Virus record (IMG/VR): IMGVR_UViG_3300014204_000183
Location: 4,155-68,154 of that record
Strand: one strand, 5' to 3'
Source: a virus
Taxonomy: Duplodnaviria > Caudoviricetes
DNA length: 64,000 nucleotides
A model generated the notes under the pieces. That model was not told where the DNA came from. It made no database searches and saw only the letters and a program-made list of their open reading frames with translations. Below, in pieces: positions 1 to 8,495 of this stretch; position 1 is the first letter of the stretch, and every line of letters begins with the position of its first letter. Both the position numbers and the translations under genes were made by a program.

Positions 1-43
1 TAAGCTCTCCACAGTGAAGGCAAGCTGGCATCATAGCTCCAAA

Positions 44-400
44 TTAAACTGCGCAACCTTCGAGCATCAATACGCGCGAAAAATTGCAAGGATCAGAAAG
101 CAACCCATATCGAAACAACAAACATACCCGCTCCCTAATACATGCTACAATACCGCCCTTACTAACTAGGCGTCGATTTCCGTCAATGGGAGAGGTTAGA
201 AACGCAACCTTACTACCCACTTGAGTGGTAAACTCGGCACAAGTGCCAACAATCTCTCGGCGACCCTCTTCATTGATAACCCCGACTGCAACACAAAAAT
301 CCTTTTCTTCAAGCAATGACCACATAAGGGCGTGTGGGTCTTGACAACAGTCTAGGACTTCTTTGTCTTGAATCAGCATGAAAAACGGTATCGTTGACAT
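44..400 (-). CDS. hypothetical protein (leaderless)
   Basis: 118-aa ORF; ATG lies 6 nt after a TATTCT -10 box. Confidence 0.75.
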   Translation of the reverse strand: MSTIPFFMLIQDKEVLDCCQDPHALMWSLLEEKDFCVAVGVINEEGRREIVGTCAEFTTQVGSKVAFLTSPIDGNRRLVSKGGIVACIRERVCLLFRYGLLSDPCNFSRVLMLEGCAV

Positions 401-434
401 ATAAAAAGAATACCATTTTCTAGTCAGTTGTCAA
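401..434 (-). promoter_or_regulatory. sigma70-type promoter, leaderless
   Basis: TTGACA-N16-TATTCT-N6-ATG(400). Confidence 0.85.
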
Positions 435-617
435 GTTCAATTTGTGAATTATGTGCGGGGTAATTAACCCTGCAATTTCTACAAAATCCCTGTCTGTGAA
501 TGCAGATACTTGTCCGGTCAAATACCACTGTCGATGTTTTGTATCCCACTCAGCTACCACCCATCGGTAATTTTTCACCCAATAGTAGCCACCAGCACGT
601 TGTTTAGGGTCTGTCAT
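420..617 (-). CDS. hypothetical protein
   Basis: 65-aa Trp-rich ORF; start overlaps upstream stop. Confidence 0.7.
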   Translation of the reverse strand: MTDPKQRAGGYYWVKNYRWVVAEWDTKHRQWYLTGQVSAFTDRDFVEIAGLITPHIIHKLNLTTD

Positions 618-799
618 GGTATGTAAATCACTGGATGCCCGTCGTCAAGGCTGTCATGGTTGAGACCACAGATACGCAAGTCAGCGGCAATGCACTCATT
701 TTCGGCCAGACCATACTCGCCACCCTCAACGGTCACATCACAATTTAGTTGATCGTAGGTCATAGTTAGGAGTTCGGCCAATAGTTCTTTGTACTTCAT
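614..799 (-). CDS. hypothetical protein (leaderless)
   Basis: 61-aa ORF directly after promoter. Confidence 0.75.
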   Translation of the reverse strand: MKYKELLAELLTMTYDQLNCDVTVEGGEYGLAENECIAADLRICGLNHDSLDDGHPVIYIP

Positions 800-834
800 A
801 GCTTAATTATACCCCATAGAAAGTAGATTGTCAA
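800..834 (-). promoter_or_regulatory. sigma70-type promoter, leaderless
   Basis: TTGACA-N17-TATAAT-N6-ATG(799); TGA stop of upstream amidoligase lies in the -35 box. Confidence 0.9.
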
Positions 835-1823
835 GCAGAAACTGTTTCTGTAGCAAGATTTCCACGACGGACTCGACCATAATAGCGATTAAGCTCGATA
901 TCGCCGAAAATGGCTTTCAGGCTTTCCCACCGACTAGCGCCCGACCCTCGAAAAGCGTCGTCAATCTCGTCAAACGTCTTATCTTTGGCCCATTCGACAA
1001 ATCGCAAATGTGCCCTAATCCAGTTACAAACCTCCTGTGCGTCAAGTGTTCCTTGATACAAACGAATTTCGTAGCTGCCGAATTTTGAGTAGGCACTCAG
1101 ATTGCAGAGGGAATACCGCTCCCGATCTCGGCAGAAATACGTCATACCTTCCATGTCCGTTATTCGCTCCAGCCGCGTCCGGTCAAAGTCGGCCCGCCGA
1201 CAATAACAACAGTCGTTCGCCCGGAAAGTATTGACAAGCATCCTCCATGCTGAATCGGCTTTTGCGTACGCATAGGCAACAGACTTCAAAACGTCAAGGG
1301 ACTCACCACGCATGTCGATATGAAGATGATAGCCACAATCGCTGTCAGCCTCAAACTCTAGCTGTTCGGCTTCCAATAAAAATTCCTCGATTGCCGCCAG
1401 CCCCTCGTCACCCCTCAAAATAGGGGAGGTGAATTCCATGCCACTGACGGAACAATCGTGTTTAGCCCCAAAGATGGTTTGACCCCGCAGACTACGATAA
1501 TTAGGACATCGAGACGTTTCGAGTTCAATTCCGAAACTCCGCTTGGTGATTGTCCGCTTGTAGGTCTCTGCTGCCGGGGCCACACCGGGGTCCCACATGT
1601 TGTGAAGTGTATAGCACGAAGGGCATACATACACAGTCCGACCATCTTCTGTAAATTGGTACCGATCTCTTCGGTAGTGGACCCCGCCACAATCTGCGCA
1701 GGTAAAACACTCCTCCAAGCACCGGCGACACAGGGAACAATTATCTGGCCCCGCATTACGCGGCCCTGTGTATCTTGCTCCGCACGTTGCGCATCTGTGT
1801 GTAGCTGTTAAAGTTTCTGGCAT
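831..1823 (-). CDS. putative amidoligase (COOH-NH2 ligase type 2) with N-terminal Zn-ribbons
   Basis: FGIELE, EFTSPIL, CGYHLHID, EIR motifs; N-terminal CxxC pairs. Confidence 0.8.
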   Translation of the reverse strand: MPETLTATHRCATCGARYTGPRNAGPDNCSLCRRCLEECFTCADCGGVHYRRDRYQFTEDGRTVYVCPSCYTLHNMWDPGVAPAAETYKRTITKRSFGIELETSRCPNYRSLRGQTIFGAKHDCSVSGMEFTSPILRGDEGLAAIEEFLLEAEQLEFEADSDCGYHLHIDMRGESLDVLKSVAYAYAKADSAWRMLVNTFRANDCCYCRRADFDRTRLERITDMEGMTYFCRDRERYSLCNLSAYSKFGSYEIRLYQGTLDAQEVCNWIRAHLRFVEWAKDKTFDEIDDAFRGSGASRWESLKAIFGDIELNRYYGRVRRGNLATETVSA

Positions 1824-1825
1824 TA

Positions 1826-2707
1826 TTAGTCTACCTTTGCGTGTTCACTTTCGGTACAATAATCCTCCCACGCTGCCCGCCAATCGGCATCAAAATCCTT
1901 GACCGTCGTCGTGGCGGACGTTGTATAATCCTGGGTATCATACCATGTTCCCTTAGCACGTCCTTTATGCCGCTTATATGACCCTTCGTAGTCATTCGTG
2001 TTACTGCAACCATACTTTTTGATCCAGTAATCCGGGGCCGACGAGACAAACTTGTCAAGGTCCGTCTTGACAACCAGACCATTTTCAAGGGTAAACTTGA
2101 TTGTCTGCCCTTCCGTAAGTGTGATGGTTTCATCGGCAATGCCGATGCAACTTTCCAGATGCGACCACGATGAGGAATAGTACCAAATCGTTCCCTTCCG
2201 CCCCAGTGTCAAGTCACCATTGTGGACCTGAACATAGAAGGCGTTATCGTCGAACCATGTCACAGCCCAGTAGCCAGTAATGTCAGCCCACGCCGTGTTA
2301 TAGTCACCACGGGCTTTATGTAAGGCGTCAAACAAGTGCTGCGAATCCACAACATACCCGGTTGGGGCGTCGATCATCCCGTTATGGGAACCGATGATTC
2401 GGCCATAACGGAATGGGTGCGAATTTTGGCGGTTCACTTTGCCTCGGGTGGCAAGGCGAGTATGGCCAGCAATAAACCAGCTAGTGTCCCGGCCCAACTT
2501 TTCAGACCCGTGACAAGAGGCATCCAGCCACTTAGAGATATTTTCTTTCCGTAAAGCATCCGACGGAGTTTCTGCGCATTTAATCATGCGACCAGAAGAA
2601 TCAAAGAAACCGAGAGAATCGGTTCCACGTTCCTGGTTTGCCCACGTCAAAGCACGTAGTGTTCCTTCATCCCAACCTAAACCCACGATTCCAAAAAGGC
2701 CGCAAAT
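1826..2707 (-). CDS. class II glutamine amidotransferase (Ntn), ATT start
   Basis: In-frame ATT-TGC-GGC-CTT-TTT-GGA (CGLFG) upstream of ORF-track start; RGTDSLG, GHTRLAT, NSHPF, HNG motifs. Confidence 0.85.
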   Translation of the reverse strand: MCGLFGIVGLGWDEGTLRALTWANQERGTDSLGFFDSSGRMIKCAETPSDALRKENISKWLDASCHGSEKLGRDTSWFIAGHTRLATRGKVNRQNSHPFRYGRIIGSHNGMIDAPTGYVVDSQHLFDALHKARGDYNTAWADITGYWAVTWFDDNAFYVQVHNGDLTLGRKGTIWYYSSSWSHLESCIGIADETITLTEGQTIKFTLENGLVVKTDLDKFVSSAPDYWIKKYGCSNTNDYEGSYKRHKGRAKGTWYDTQDYTTSATTTVKDFDADWRAAWEDYCTESEHAKVD

Positions 2708-2796
2708 AGAGCTACCCTCACTTACCAGCCTGATTTTTGGATTAAATGCAATCCAGTGAGTTTTGTAGACGACGGCTTTTTATCGCCTCTCACTAT

Positions 2797-2830
2797 ACTA
2801 CAACTATAGCACAAACTTAGAAATAGTCAA
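2797..2830 (-). promoter_or_regulatory. sigma70-type promoter
   Basis: TTGACT-N16-TATAGT, followed after 6 nt by ATA. Confidence 0.75.
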
Positions 2831-2955
2831 ATTATTTTTCAATGCCAGTAAACCAGCCCCAACTGTTACCAGATAGAACGTGGCCTATTGCACGTTCATG
2901 CCCTCCAAGTATTTTGGCAATACTTACCGAGCCAAGCCGCCTCCCACGAACAATT

Positions 2956-4203
2956 TTAGAACGGGGGTTCCAAAATAGCTAGTTCGGTTGGTCTGACACT
3001 GGACCCATATACATCGGAACGGTCAGCATATTTAGTAGCAAGCTCCTCGCCGACAATTTCGCTCAATGCTGCAAACTGAGATTCTACACTACCGCTAAAT
3101 TTGTCGTCAATCTCGTCAAGAGACATACAACTGACATAGTCAATAAACCTTGTATGTAGCATTACCCAATCACAAATCATATCCTTGTCAAGTGTAGCAT
3201 CGTGGGATCGCACCTCAAAACTGCCATGGACCAGATAAGCCCGCCAATTGACAAACTCGAATCGGTCCCGGGCCCCGACAAAATACTCCCAGTCGGACGC
3301 ACTATTAACCCGTCGCACGTCCTCGGGGGAATAATTAGGCGGACCCGCATAGGCATTGTGCGCCCTACTCTCAGATACTAAGCGACACCACATATCATAC
3401 ATTTTTCGATACGCATAGGCAATGCTACGCATGGCTTCCCATGTTTCTTTTGACATATCAAAATGAGCATGATAACCACAATAATGATTAACGTGCCAGC
3501 GGCGTCTATGGGCGTTGCCACAAAAATTCTCGATCTCAATCAAGCCTTCATCCCCATATAGAATGGGTGAAATAAACTCTCGGCCCTCAATTGAGCAGTC
3601 AGTATGGCATCCCCAGATGGTGTTCCCATACAATTCACGGTAACCATTGCATCGAGAGGTTTCGAGTTCGACTCCAAATTTTCGTTTGGACATAATCCGC
3701 TCGAAACTGGGTTCGATAATAAAATCTGTCGCGTCCCATTCATCGTATGTACGATCACACTCCGAGCATAATAGACCATGTTCAGTCGGATTAAGATCGG
3801 ATTGCCAGTGGGTACCCCCACAATTGGCACACGTCGAACAATTCACGTAAAAGCATTGGCGGCATAAAATTGACCCGTCTGGGTCAGTAAGGGTGTCATT
3901 TCGTTGGGTAGTAGTTCCACAATCTGTACAGCGTGCGCAAAGCAGACTGAAGCAACTGGGGCATATTCCGTGGTTGCCAAATATTCTACGATCTTCTATC
4001 AGGCCTCCAAGCCCGCAAGCAGCACAGAAAAAATGGTCCTCAAGATAGCAAGCATGATGGTAGTTTCGACCCGCTACCCGGATAGCGGCATCTTGCTCTA
4101 CAGTTTCGTGACAGTGAGAGCATTCCACGTATGCCAGTGGCTTGCATTCCGGGCAATATTTACCCTCGCAATCACACCCGCACATCTGGCATACGTCAGG
4201 CAT
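2956..4203 (-). CDS. putative amidoligase paralogue with ~7 N-terminal CxxC Zn-finger repeats
   Basis: FGVELE, EFISPIL, CGYHAHFD, FEVRSH motifs; ATG at 4203. Confidence 0.8.
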   Translation of the reverse strand: MPDVCQMCGCDCEGKYCPECKPLAYVECSHCHETVEQDAAIRVAGRNYHHACYLEDHFFCAACGLGGLIEDRRIFGNHGICPSCFSLLCARCTDCGTTTQRNDTLTDPDGSILCRQCFYVNCSTCANCGGTHWQSDLNPTEHGLLCSECDRTYDEWDATDFIIEPSFERIMSKRKFGVELETSRCNGYRELYGNTIWGCHTDCSIEGREFISPILYGDEGLIEIENFCGNAHRRRWHVNHYCGYHAHFDMSKETWEAMRSIAYAYRKMYDMWCRLVSESRAHNAYAGPPNYSPEDVRRVNSASDWEYFVGARDRFEFVNWRAYLVHGSFEVRSHDATLDKDMICDWVMLHTRFIDYVSCMSLDEIDDKFSGSVESQFAALSEIVGEELATKYADRSDVYGSSVRPTELAILEPPF

Positions 4204-4363
4204 GGTCGTCACCTTCTAGCCGAGTGTCAATGATAAGAGTTCCACCCGACATGTATGCCCCAGTCGCCTCGAATCCAATGATTTTTGATTGAGTGTACAA
4301 ATTGACAAATACCTTGCCAGCGGCAATCAATTTTTTCAACTGGTCGAGTTCGTGTGTTGACAT
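4196..4363 (-). CDS. hypothetical protein, 55 aa (leaderless; not in ORF track)
   Basis: MSTHELDQLKKLIAAGK...GDDHA*; ATG 6 nt after -10. Confidence 0.7.
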   Translation of the reverse strand: MSTHELDQLKKLIAAGKVFVNLYTQSKIIGFEATGAYMSGGTLIIDTRLEGDDHA

Positions 4364-4397
4364 ACTACTAGCCTACCACATGTGTGACTAAAGTCAA
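4364..4397 (-). promoter_or_regulatory. sigma70-type promoter, leaderless
   Basis: TTGACT-N16-TAGGCT-N6-ATG(4363). Confidence 0.75.
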
Positions 4398-4427
4398 ATA
4401 AAAAGCCGGGCGACTAGACACCAAAAA

Positions 4428-4760
4428 TTAGCAATTGTCAAGTAATTTTAATGCAGCAAAATACGTGACCCCGTTAAATTGCCGGCCCCGAATAACGTAA
4501 CTGGCCCACCTTAAACCAACACAGTCAATGCAGTCATAGCAATTAATACAGTCGAGACAGTTACGGCAATGGTCACTATTCTTACATCGGCAGCAGCCCC
4601 GGCAAGAGACGCATCTAATACAACTCGCGCAGCTATGACAATCAGCACATGCCTCGCACGTTTGGCAATCACGACAATTAAAACAGGCTTTGTTGGTGCT
4701 ATCGGATTGTGTCGCCACAATCTCTTGATCGGTCATAGCCATTATTTCGTCAAGTGTCAT
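4428..4760 (-). CDS. Cys-rich (CxxCxxC)n repeat protein
   Basis: 110 aa from MTLDEIMAM; Cys every third residue; paralogue of next gene. Confidence 0.8.
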   Translation of the reverse strand: MTLDEIMAMTDQEIVATQSDSTNKACFNCRDCQTCEACADCHSCASCIRCVSCRGCCRCKNSDHCRNCLDCINCYDCIDCVGLRWASYVIRGRQFNGVTYFAALKLLDNC

Positions 4761-4791
4761 TTTAAGCCCTAATTCAAGTGTACACCAAAAC

Positions 4792-5124
4792 TTAGCAACT
4801 GTCAAGTAATTGCACGGCCACCCTATATGCGGCATTAGTAAGCTGCCGCCCACGAATTACACAAGTGGCCCCTATTAGTCCATTGCAATCAATACAATCA
4901 TAGCATTTGATACAATCTAGGCAACTCTGACAGCGATTGCAACTTTTACATTGATAGCAACCCCGACAAGCTATACAATTAATACATTGAATACAACCAG
5001 TACAGTCGGTACAATGGCTACAATTTTGACACTCGCTGCAACCAAAACAGGCGGTATTATTGTGTGTAATCGGGGTGGCCACGATCTCTTGATCGGTCAT
5101 AGCCATTAGTTCATCTATGGTCAT
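4792..5124 (-). CDS. Cys-rich (CxxCxxC)n repeat protein
   Basis: 110 aa; colinear with 4428-4760 product. Confidence 0.8.
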   Translation of the reverse strand: MTIDELMAMTDQEIVATPITHNNTACFGCSECQNCSHCTDCTGCIQCINCIACRGCYQCKSCNRCQSCLDCIKCYDCIDCNGLIGATCVIRGRQLTNAAYRVAVQLLDSC

Positions 5125-5126
5125 AA

Positions 5127-5387
5127 TTATGTTGGCATCTCAAGGCGTGGGCTAGACATTACCTTTATCTCGCCAAGGTGGCAACTAAAACAGGTGATCT
5201 CAATCCGTTGCATATCGGGGTCATACATATGCCGGGTAGCATATGCCTGTGCTGCTTCCAGATTTTGAAATATGACATGCTGCGTATGAGTAGCATAGAT
5301 ACGTGTAACCGTGAAATCAAAAAATTCACCCACTGACGGACCCCACAAATATTGTTTTTGCCGATGTGACCAAATTATACCTGCCAA
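5127..5387 (-). CDS. hypothetical protein
   Basis: 86-aa ORF in tight minus-strand run. Confidence 0.6.
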   Translation of the reverse strand: MAGIIWSHRQKQYLWGPSVGEFFDFTVTRIYATHTQHVIFQNLEAAQAYATRHMYDPDMQRIEITCFSCHLGEIKVMSSPRLEMPT

Positions 5388-5664
5388 AAAGATGATTATA
5401 AAAAAGATGCCCCCTAACTACCGGTATAATACGGTCGTGCGTAGGTATGGCAATTATTTCCTTACTATATGGGTCAGTTAGTCTATAACTCGATCCGCAC
5501 GGCCACTGAATAGAAGCAATTCGTTTCTTCGCGGAGTCCCAAACGCCATTTACTACCCACGACTGGCAATGCTTCAAACGGTCAAATCGCAAATCCATGG
5601 GCCGCGCTGCCGAGCTAACAATGATCTCCTTGCCAGAATTGATAGTAGCTAATTCAAATTGCAT
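5326..5664 (-). CDS. hypothetical protein
   Basis: 112-aa ORF, purine-rich leader. Confidence 0.6.
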   Translation of the reverse strand: MQFELATINSGKEIIVSSAARPMDLRFDRLKHCQSWVVNGVWDSAKKRIASIQWPCGSSYRLTDPYSKEIIAIPTHDRIIPVVRGHLFYNHLFGRYNLVTSAKTIFVGSVSG

Positions 5665-5845
5665 TTGTTTCCCCGATATCTTCTGCCATTGATCGGATTG
5701 CGGCTTTCATCCTGCCTAAACAATCAGCCATCTTGACTAATCCCGCTAAACGTGCATCATCTTCGGCTTCCCACAAATCACACGCAACAATCCGTAAATC
5801 TTGCAGGGTGGTGCGAATGTGCTGGCTGCTACAGACAATGGCCAT
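5654..5845 (-). CDS. hypothetical protein
   Basis: 63-aa helical ORF. Confidence 0.6.
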   Translation of the reverse strand: MAIVCSSQHIRTTLQDLRIVACDLWEAEDDARLAGLVKMADCLGRMKAAIRSMAEDIGETNAI

Positions 5846-6017
5846 TGATACACCTATCTATTTCGTCACGTTGTTTCGCAATGTCTTGGTCGATGGCAGC
5901 TATTAGCCGTACCACTCGATTACGGTGATCTGTGTGGGCCAGCCGCGCCATCTTCTCTGCCACTGGCAGAAATTCACACTCTGTTGTCAGAATCTTAAAT
6001 CTTGTCGTCAGATCCAT
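5829..6017 (-). CDS. hypothetical coiled-coil protein
   Basis: Likely start MDLTTRF at 6017. Confidence 0.55.
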   Translation of the reverse strand: MDLTTRFKILTTECEFLPVAEKMARLAHTDHRNRVVRLIAAIDQDIAKQRDEIDRCINGHCL

Positions 6018-6150
6018 TGTGATAGCTCGAAAAAAAGCACATTTCCCAAAAATCCGTATCGGGCGGCGCAGGTTTATCAATGATCTTGATAAACTGCCAG
6101 ACCCAAACACAGAACCAAATACCAACTAAGAGCAATAATAATCCGACCAT
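5995..6150 (-). CDS. small membrane protein
   Basis: MVGLLLLLVGIWFCVWVW hydrophobic N-terminus. Confidence 0.5.
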   Translation of the reverse strand: MVGLLLLLVGIWFCVWVWQFIKIIDKPAPPDTDFWEMCFFSSYHNGSDDKI

Positions 6151-6539
6151 CGGTACCCCTCTGGTAAATCCAGCCCTCGCCACCAAACATTAAATACCCA
6201 GTTTATAACTTTGAAATGCAAACTTGATTCTGAAATTCGGCTGCGCCGCCCCCTTGTTACAACACCATTAGCCGGATTTAGTGGCCCAACGTACTTTCGA
6301 TGATTGTCTATGAACACGTAGATTTTATAGGGTCTGCCACTCAGGCGTTGAATAGAGTAAATGAACCTATCCCCTTGTGGATTCCATACAGAGAAGCGCC
6401 TAAGATCGGTAAGAATCTGGTTACGTGTTGGCGGCATATTCGACCCCATGGGCGACGGTTTATTACTCCCCACTATGTCGGTAGTATCTCCGTGGGTTTC
6501 AGTGGTTTCATAAGGGAGTGGTCGGGACTGTCTGGCCAA
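6126..6539 (-). CDS. hypothetical protein
   Basis: 137-aa ORF downstream of promoter 6567-6594. Confidence 0.6.
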   Translation of the reverse strand: MARQSRPLPYETTETHGDTTDIVGSNKPSPMGSNMPPTRNQILTDLRRFSVWNPQGDRFIYSIQRLSGRPYKIYVFIDNHRKYVGPLNPANGVVTRGRRSRISESSLHFKVINWVFNVWWRGLDLPEGYRWSDYYCS

Positions 6540-6558
6540 TACCGAAACTCGACTAGGA

Positions 6559-6624
6559 CTAATTTAAGAATACCATAGTTTGGCTGATTGTCAAATAATT
6601 TCGTGGCCAAAACTTCACTTTCAT
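6559..6624 (-). CDS. putative 21-aa leaderless peptide
   Basis: MKVKFWPRNYLTISQTMVFLN*; ATG 6 nt after TAAGAT. Confidence 0.4.
   Translation of the reverse strand: MKVKFWPRNYLTISQTMVFLN
6567..6594 (-). promoter_or_regulatory. sigma70-type promoter
   Basis: TTGACA-N16-TATTCT. Confidence 0.75.
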
Positions 6625-6658
6625 ACTACAATCTTACACTCCAAATTCAAAAAGTCAA
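6625..6658 (-). promoter_or_regulatory. sigma70-type promoter, leaderless
   Basis: TTGACT-N16-TAAGAT-N6-ATG(6624). Confidence 0.75.
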
Positions 6659-6727
6659 ATCTATTATATACGCGCACGCACGCGTAAGACCCCGACAATC
6701 ATTATAACTAATTCTTTTGAGCATGAT

Positions 6728-6755
6728 TTGCTATTTCACCGTCGTGTGGTATATT
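6728..6755 (+). promoter_or_regulatory. divergent plus-strand promoter candidate
   Basis: TTGCTA-N16-TATATT-N6-GTG. Confidence 0.5.
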
Positions 6756-6781
6756 TGAAACGTGTCGAGAGAAAACAACAC

Positions 6782-6988
6782 TTAGGAGGCAAAACACAAC
6801 AGACTACGCACGACCTGAACAATCACTATAATCGTCATGTATATGCCGACTATACGTGGTCCGCTCAAACTGTGTAGATACAACATCTCTGGCGTGGGTA
6901 ATGGGGCGCAGTCCAGCGTTAGGTTACTTGGGAGAGGTGTTGACCCCGCCTGATAGAAAGTCTGATACAGGCAGCAGAAATTTTTCAC
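6782..6988 (-). CDS. hypothetical protein, hydrophobic C-terminus
   Basis: 68-aa ORF; coding status uncertain. Confidence 0.35.
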   Translation of the reverse strand: MKNFCCLYQTFYQAGSTPLPSNLTLDCAPLPTPEMLYLHSLSGPRIVGIYMTIIVIVQVVRSLLCFAS

Positions 6989-7182
6989 TACATTGCGACC
7001 CTAAAAACTTCCCATGGGTCCAAATGCAATTTGTCCACCAGCAAATTGATCGCTTCCATTAGTTGGCGAAAGACACCACTATCAAATAATATAACTTCCA
7101 CACGAGTTCCGGCGTAGTTTCGCTTGGTAGTGGCAGCATTCAGTGGGTGCCGCACAGCGACACCTATTTTGGAACCTATCAA
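6988..7182 (-). CDS. hypothetical protein
   Basis: 64-aa ORF. Confidence 0.45.
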   Translation of the reverse strand: MIGSKIGVAVRHPLNAATTKRNYAGTRVEVILFDSGVFRQLMEAINLLVDKLHLDPWEVFRVAM

Positions 7183-7200
7183 CCAGATGCCCTGTCAGCC

Positions 7201-7233
7201 AACAAAAAGAGCCATGCTATGCTAGCATGGCTC
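7201..7233 (-). terminator. Rho-independent terminator
   Basis: 11-bp perfect stem GAGCCATGCTA/TAGCATGGCTC, 3-nt loop, followed by TTTTTGTT on minus strand. Confidence 0.75.
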
Positions 7234-7257
7234 GTAATAGCAGTGTGAACACGCTCG

Positions 7258-7635
7258 CTAGCCAAAGAAATTGGCACCTTGCATCGCCGTTAATACAGAT
7301 GTTGCAAGGGGTTCTACCTCGGTTGCCCGTGGTGGTGCCCCAAATCTACGAAACGGCGATGCTGCGCGTCTTGCCTGCCGAAGGATGGCGTGGGAATTCT
7401 GGCCAGTTAGATCCTGGAAGCTGAGGATTAGAACCTCATCGCTTTCAACTGTGATCTGGTGTCTATGAGTGTCTTTGGTGTAGATAATACGCACCCGGCC
7501 ATTTGGGCGTAATTCAATCTTACTGAGTCGGGTCAGTGTTTTGCCATCTAAGGATGCATGTAGATACACGTCATCCGGTAGTGGCTCTTGGCAAGCATGA
7601 CTTGCACGGATAATTGCATGGGGTTCAGTAGACAT
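7258..7635 (-). CDS. hypothetical protein
   Basis: 125-aa ORF with GAGGG SD. Confidence 0.7.
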   Translation of the reverse strand: MSTEPHAIIRASHACQEPLPDDVYLHASLDGKTLTRLSKIELRPNGRVRIIYTKDTHRHQITVESDEVLILSFQDLTGQNSHAILRQARRAASPFRRFGAPPRATEVEPLATSVLTAMQGANFFG

Positions 7636-7876
7636 TCAACAAACGCCCTCTCGCTTTCACAAATAAAGACACACGTCCGCTTAATATCTGTGCCGTATAA
7701 GGCACTTAAATTCTGGAATTAGCTGCCGTATAAATTCCGGCGAACTTCGTTATACCCTACTCCCTCCGAGTCAATCGAAAGGCCCCTGTTCGTTCTATCT
7801 TGATTCTCAGCCTGCATACCCATGGCTCGAATCAATGCACGAGTCAGGTCAGCGGCCACAGTCACACATTCAGGTG

Positions 7877-8098
7877 TCATACCAGTACCTCAACCCACCA
7901 ATGCTCATCAAATCCGCGGTCTAAAAATATAATACCAAAGCTATCTATAGCTTCGACACAGTCGTCAGCTAGTGTCTCGCAGGCATAGAAAATGCGCGCC
8001 CACCCCGGATACGCATCCACGGTGCCACCCATCATCTGACAATATTTAATAAAGTCGTTCACACTAGCTCCTATTATACAGCACGGCAGGCTTATCAC
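7877..8098 (-). CDS. hypothetical protein
   Basis: 73-aa ORF. Confidence 0.55.
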   Translation of the reverse strand: MISLPCCIIGASVNDFIKYCQMMGGTVDAYPGWARIFYACETLADDCVEAIDSFGIIFLDRGFDEHWWVEVLV

Positions 8099-8297
8099 CT
8101 AGCCGGACAACTTGACTCAATGCCTTTCCAAAAGCAATCTGTGCCTCTTGGACAAATGTCTCTTTCAAGTCCTGTTCGCATAGCCAAAAATGCACGGCAT
8201 CGGATTCATAAATTCGAGTCCAATTCCACTTCTTAATGCGTGGTGATGGAATCGGCCGCGTGCAAACAAGATACTCAACCCAATTTTGTTGCTTCAC
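8064..8297 (-). CDS. hypothetical protein
   Basis: 77-aa ORF with coupled GTGA overlap. Confidence 0.6.
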   Translation of the reverse strand: MKQQNWVEYLVCTRPIPSPRIKKWNWTRIYESDAVHFWLCEQDLKETFVQEAQIAFGKALSQVVRLGDKPAVLYNRS

Positions 8298-8461
8298 AGG
8301 TGTAACACCGCTTTCGCGGTGCTCGCTAGAGTATTATCAACTTCACGAATTGCGTCAGCCAGCAAAACCAAGCCGACAAGCACAGGCTGAACATTGTCCG
8401 AGCCGAGTGTATGTGACACTAATTTCACAGCCTCAATCATATCTTCAGGTTTGATGTTCAT
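8294..8461 (-). CDS. hypothetical protein (leaderless)
   Basis: Start MNIKPED 6 nt after -10. Confidence 0.7.
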   Translation of the reverse strand: MNIKPEDMIEAVKLVSHTLGSDNVQPVLVGLVLLADAIREVDNTLASTAKAVLHL

Positions 8462-8495
8462 ATTAGAATCATACAATCTTTTAGATAAAAGTCAA
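8462..8495 (-). promoter_or_regulatory. sigma70-type promoter, leaderless
   Basis: TTGACT-N16-TATGAT-N6-ATG(8461). Confidence 0.85.
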
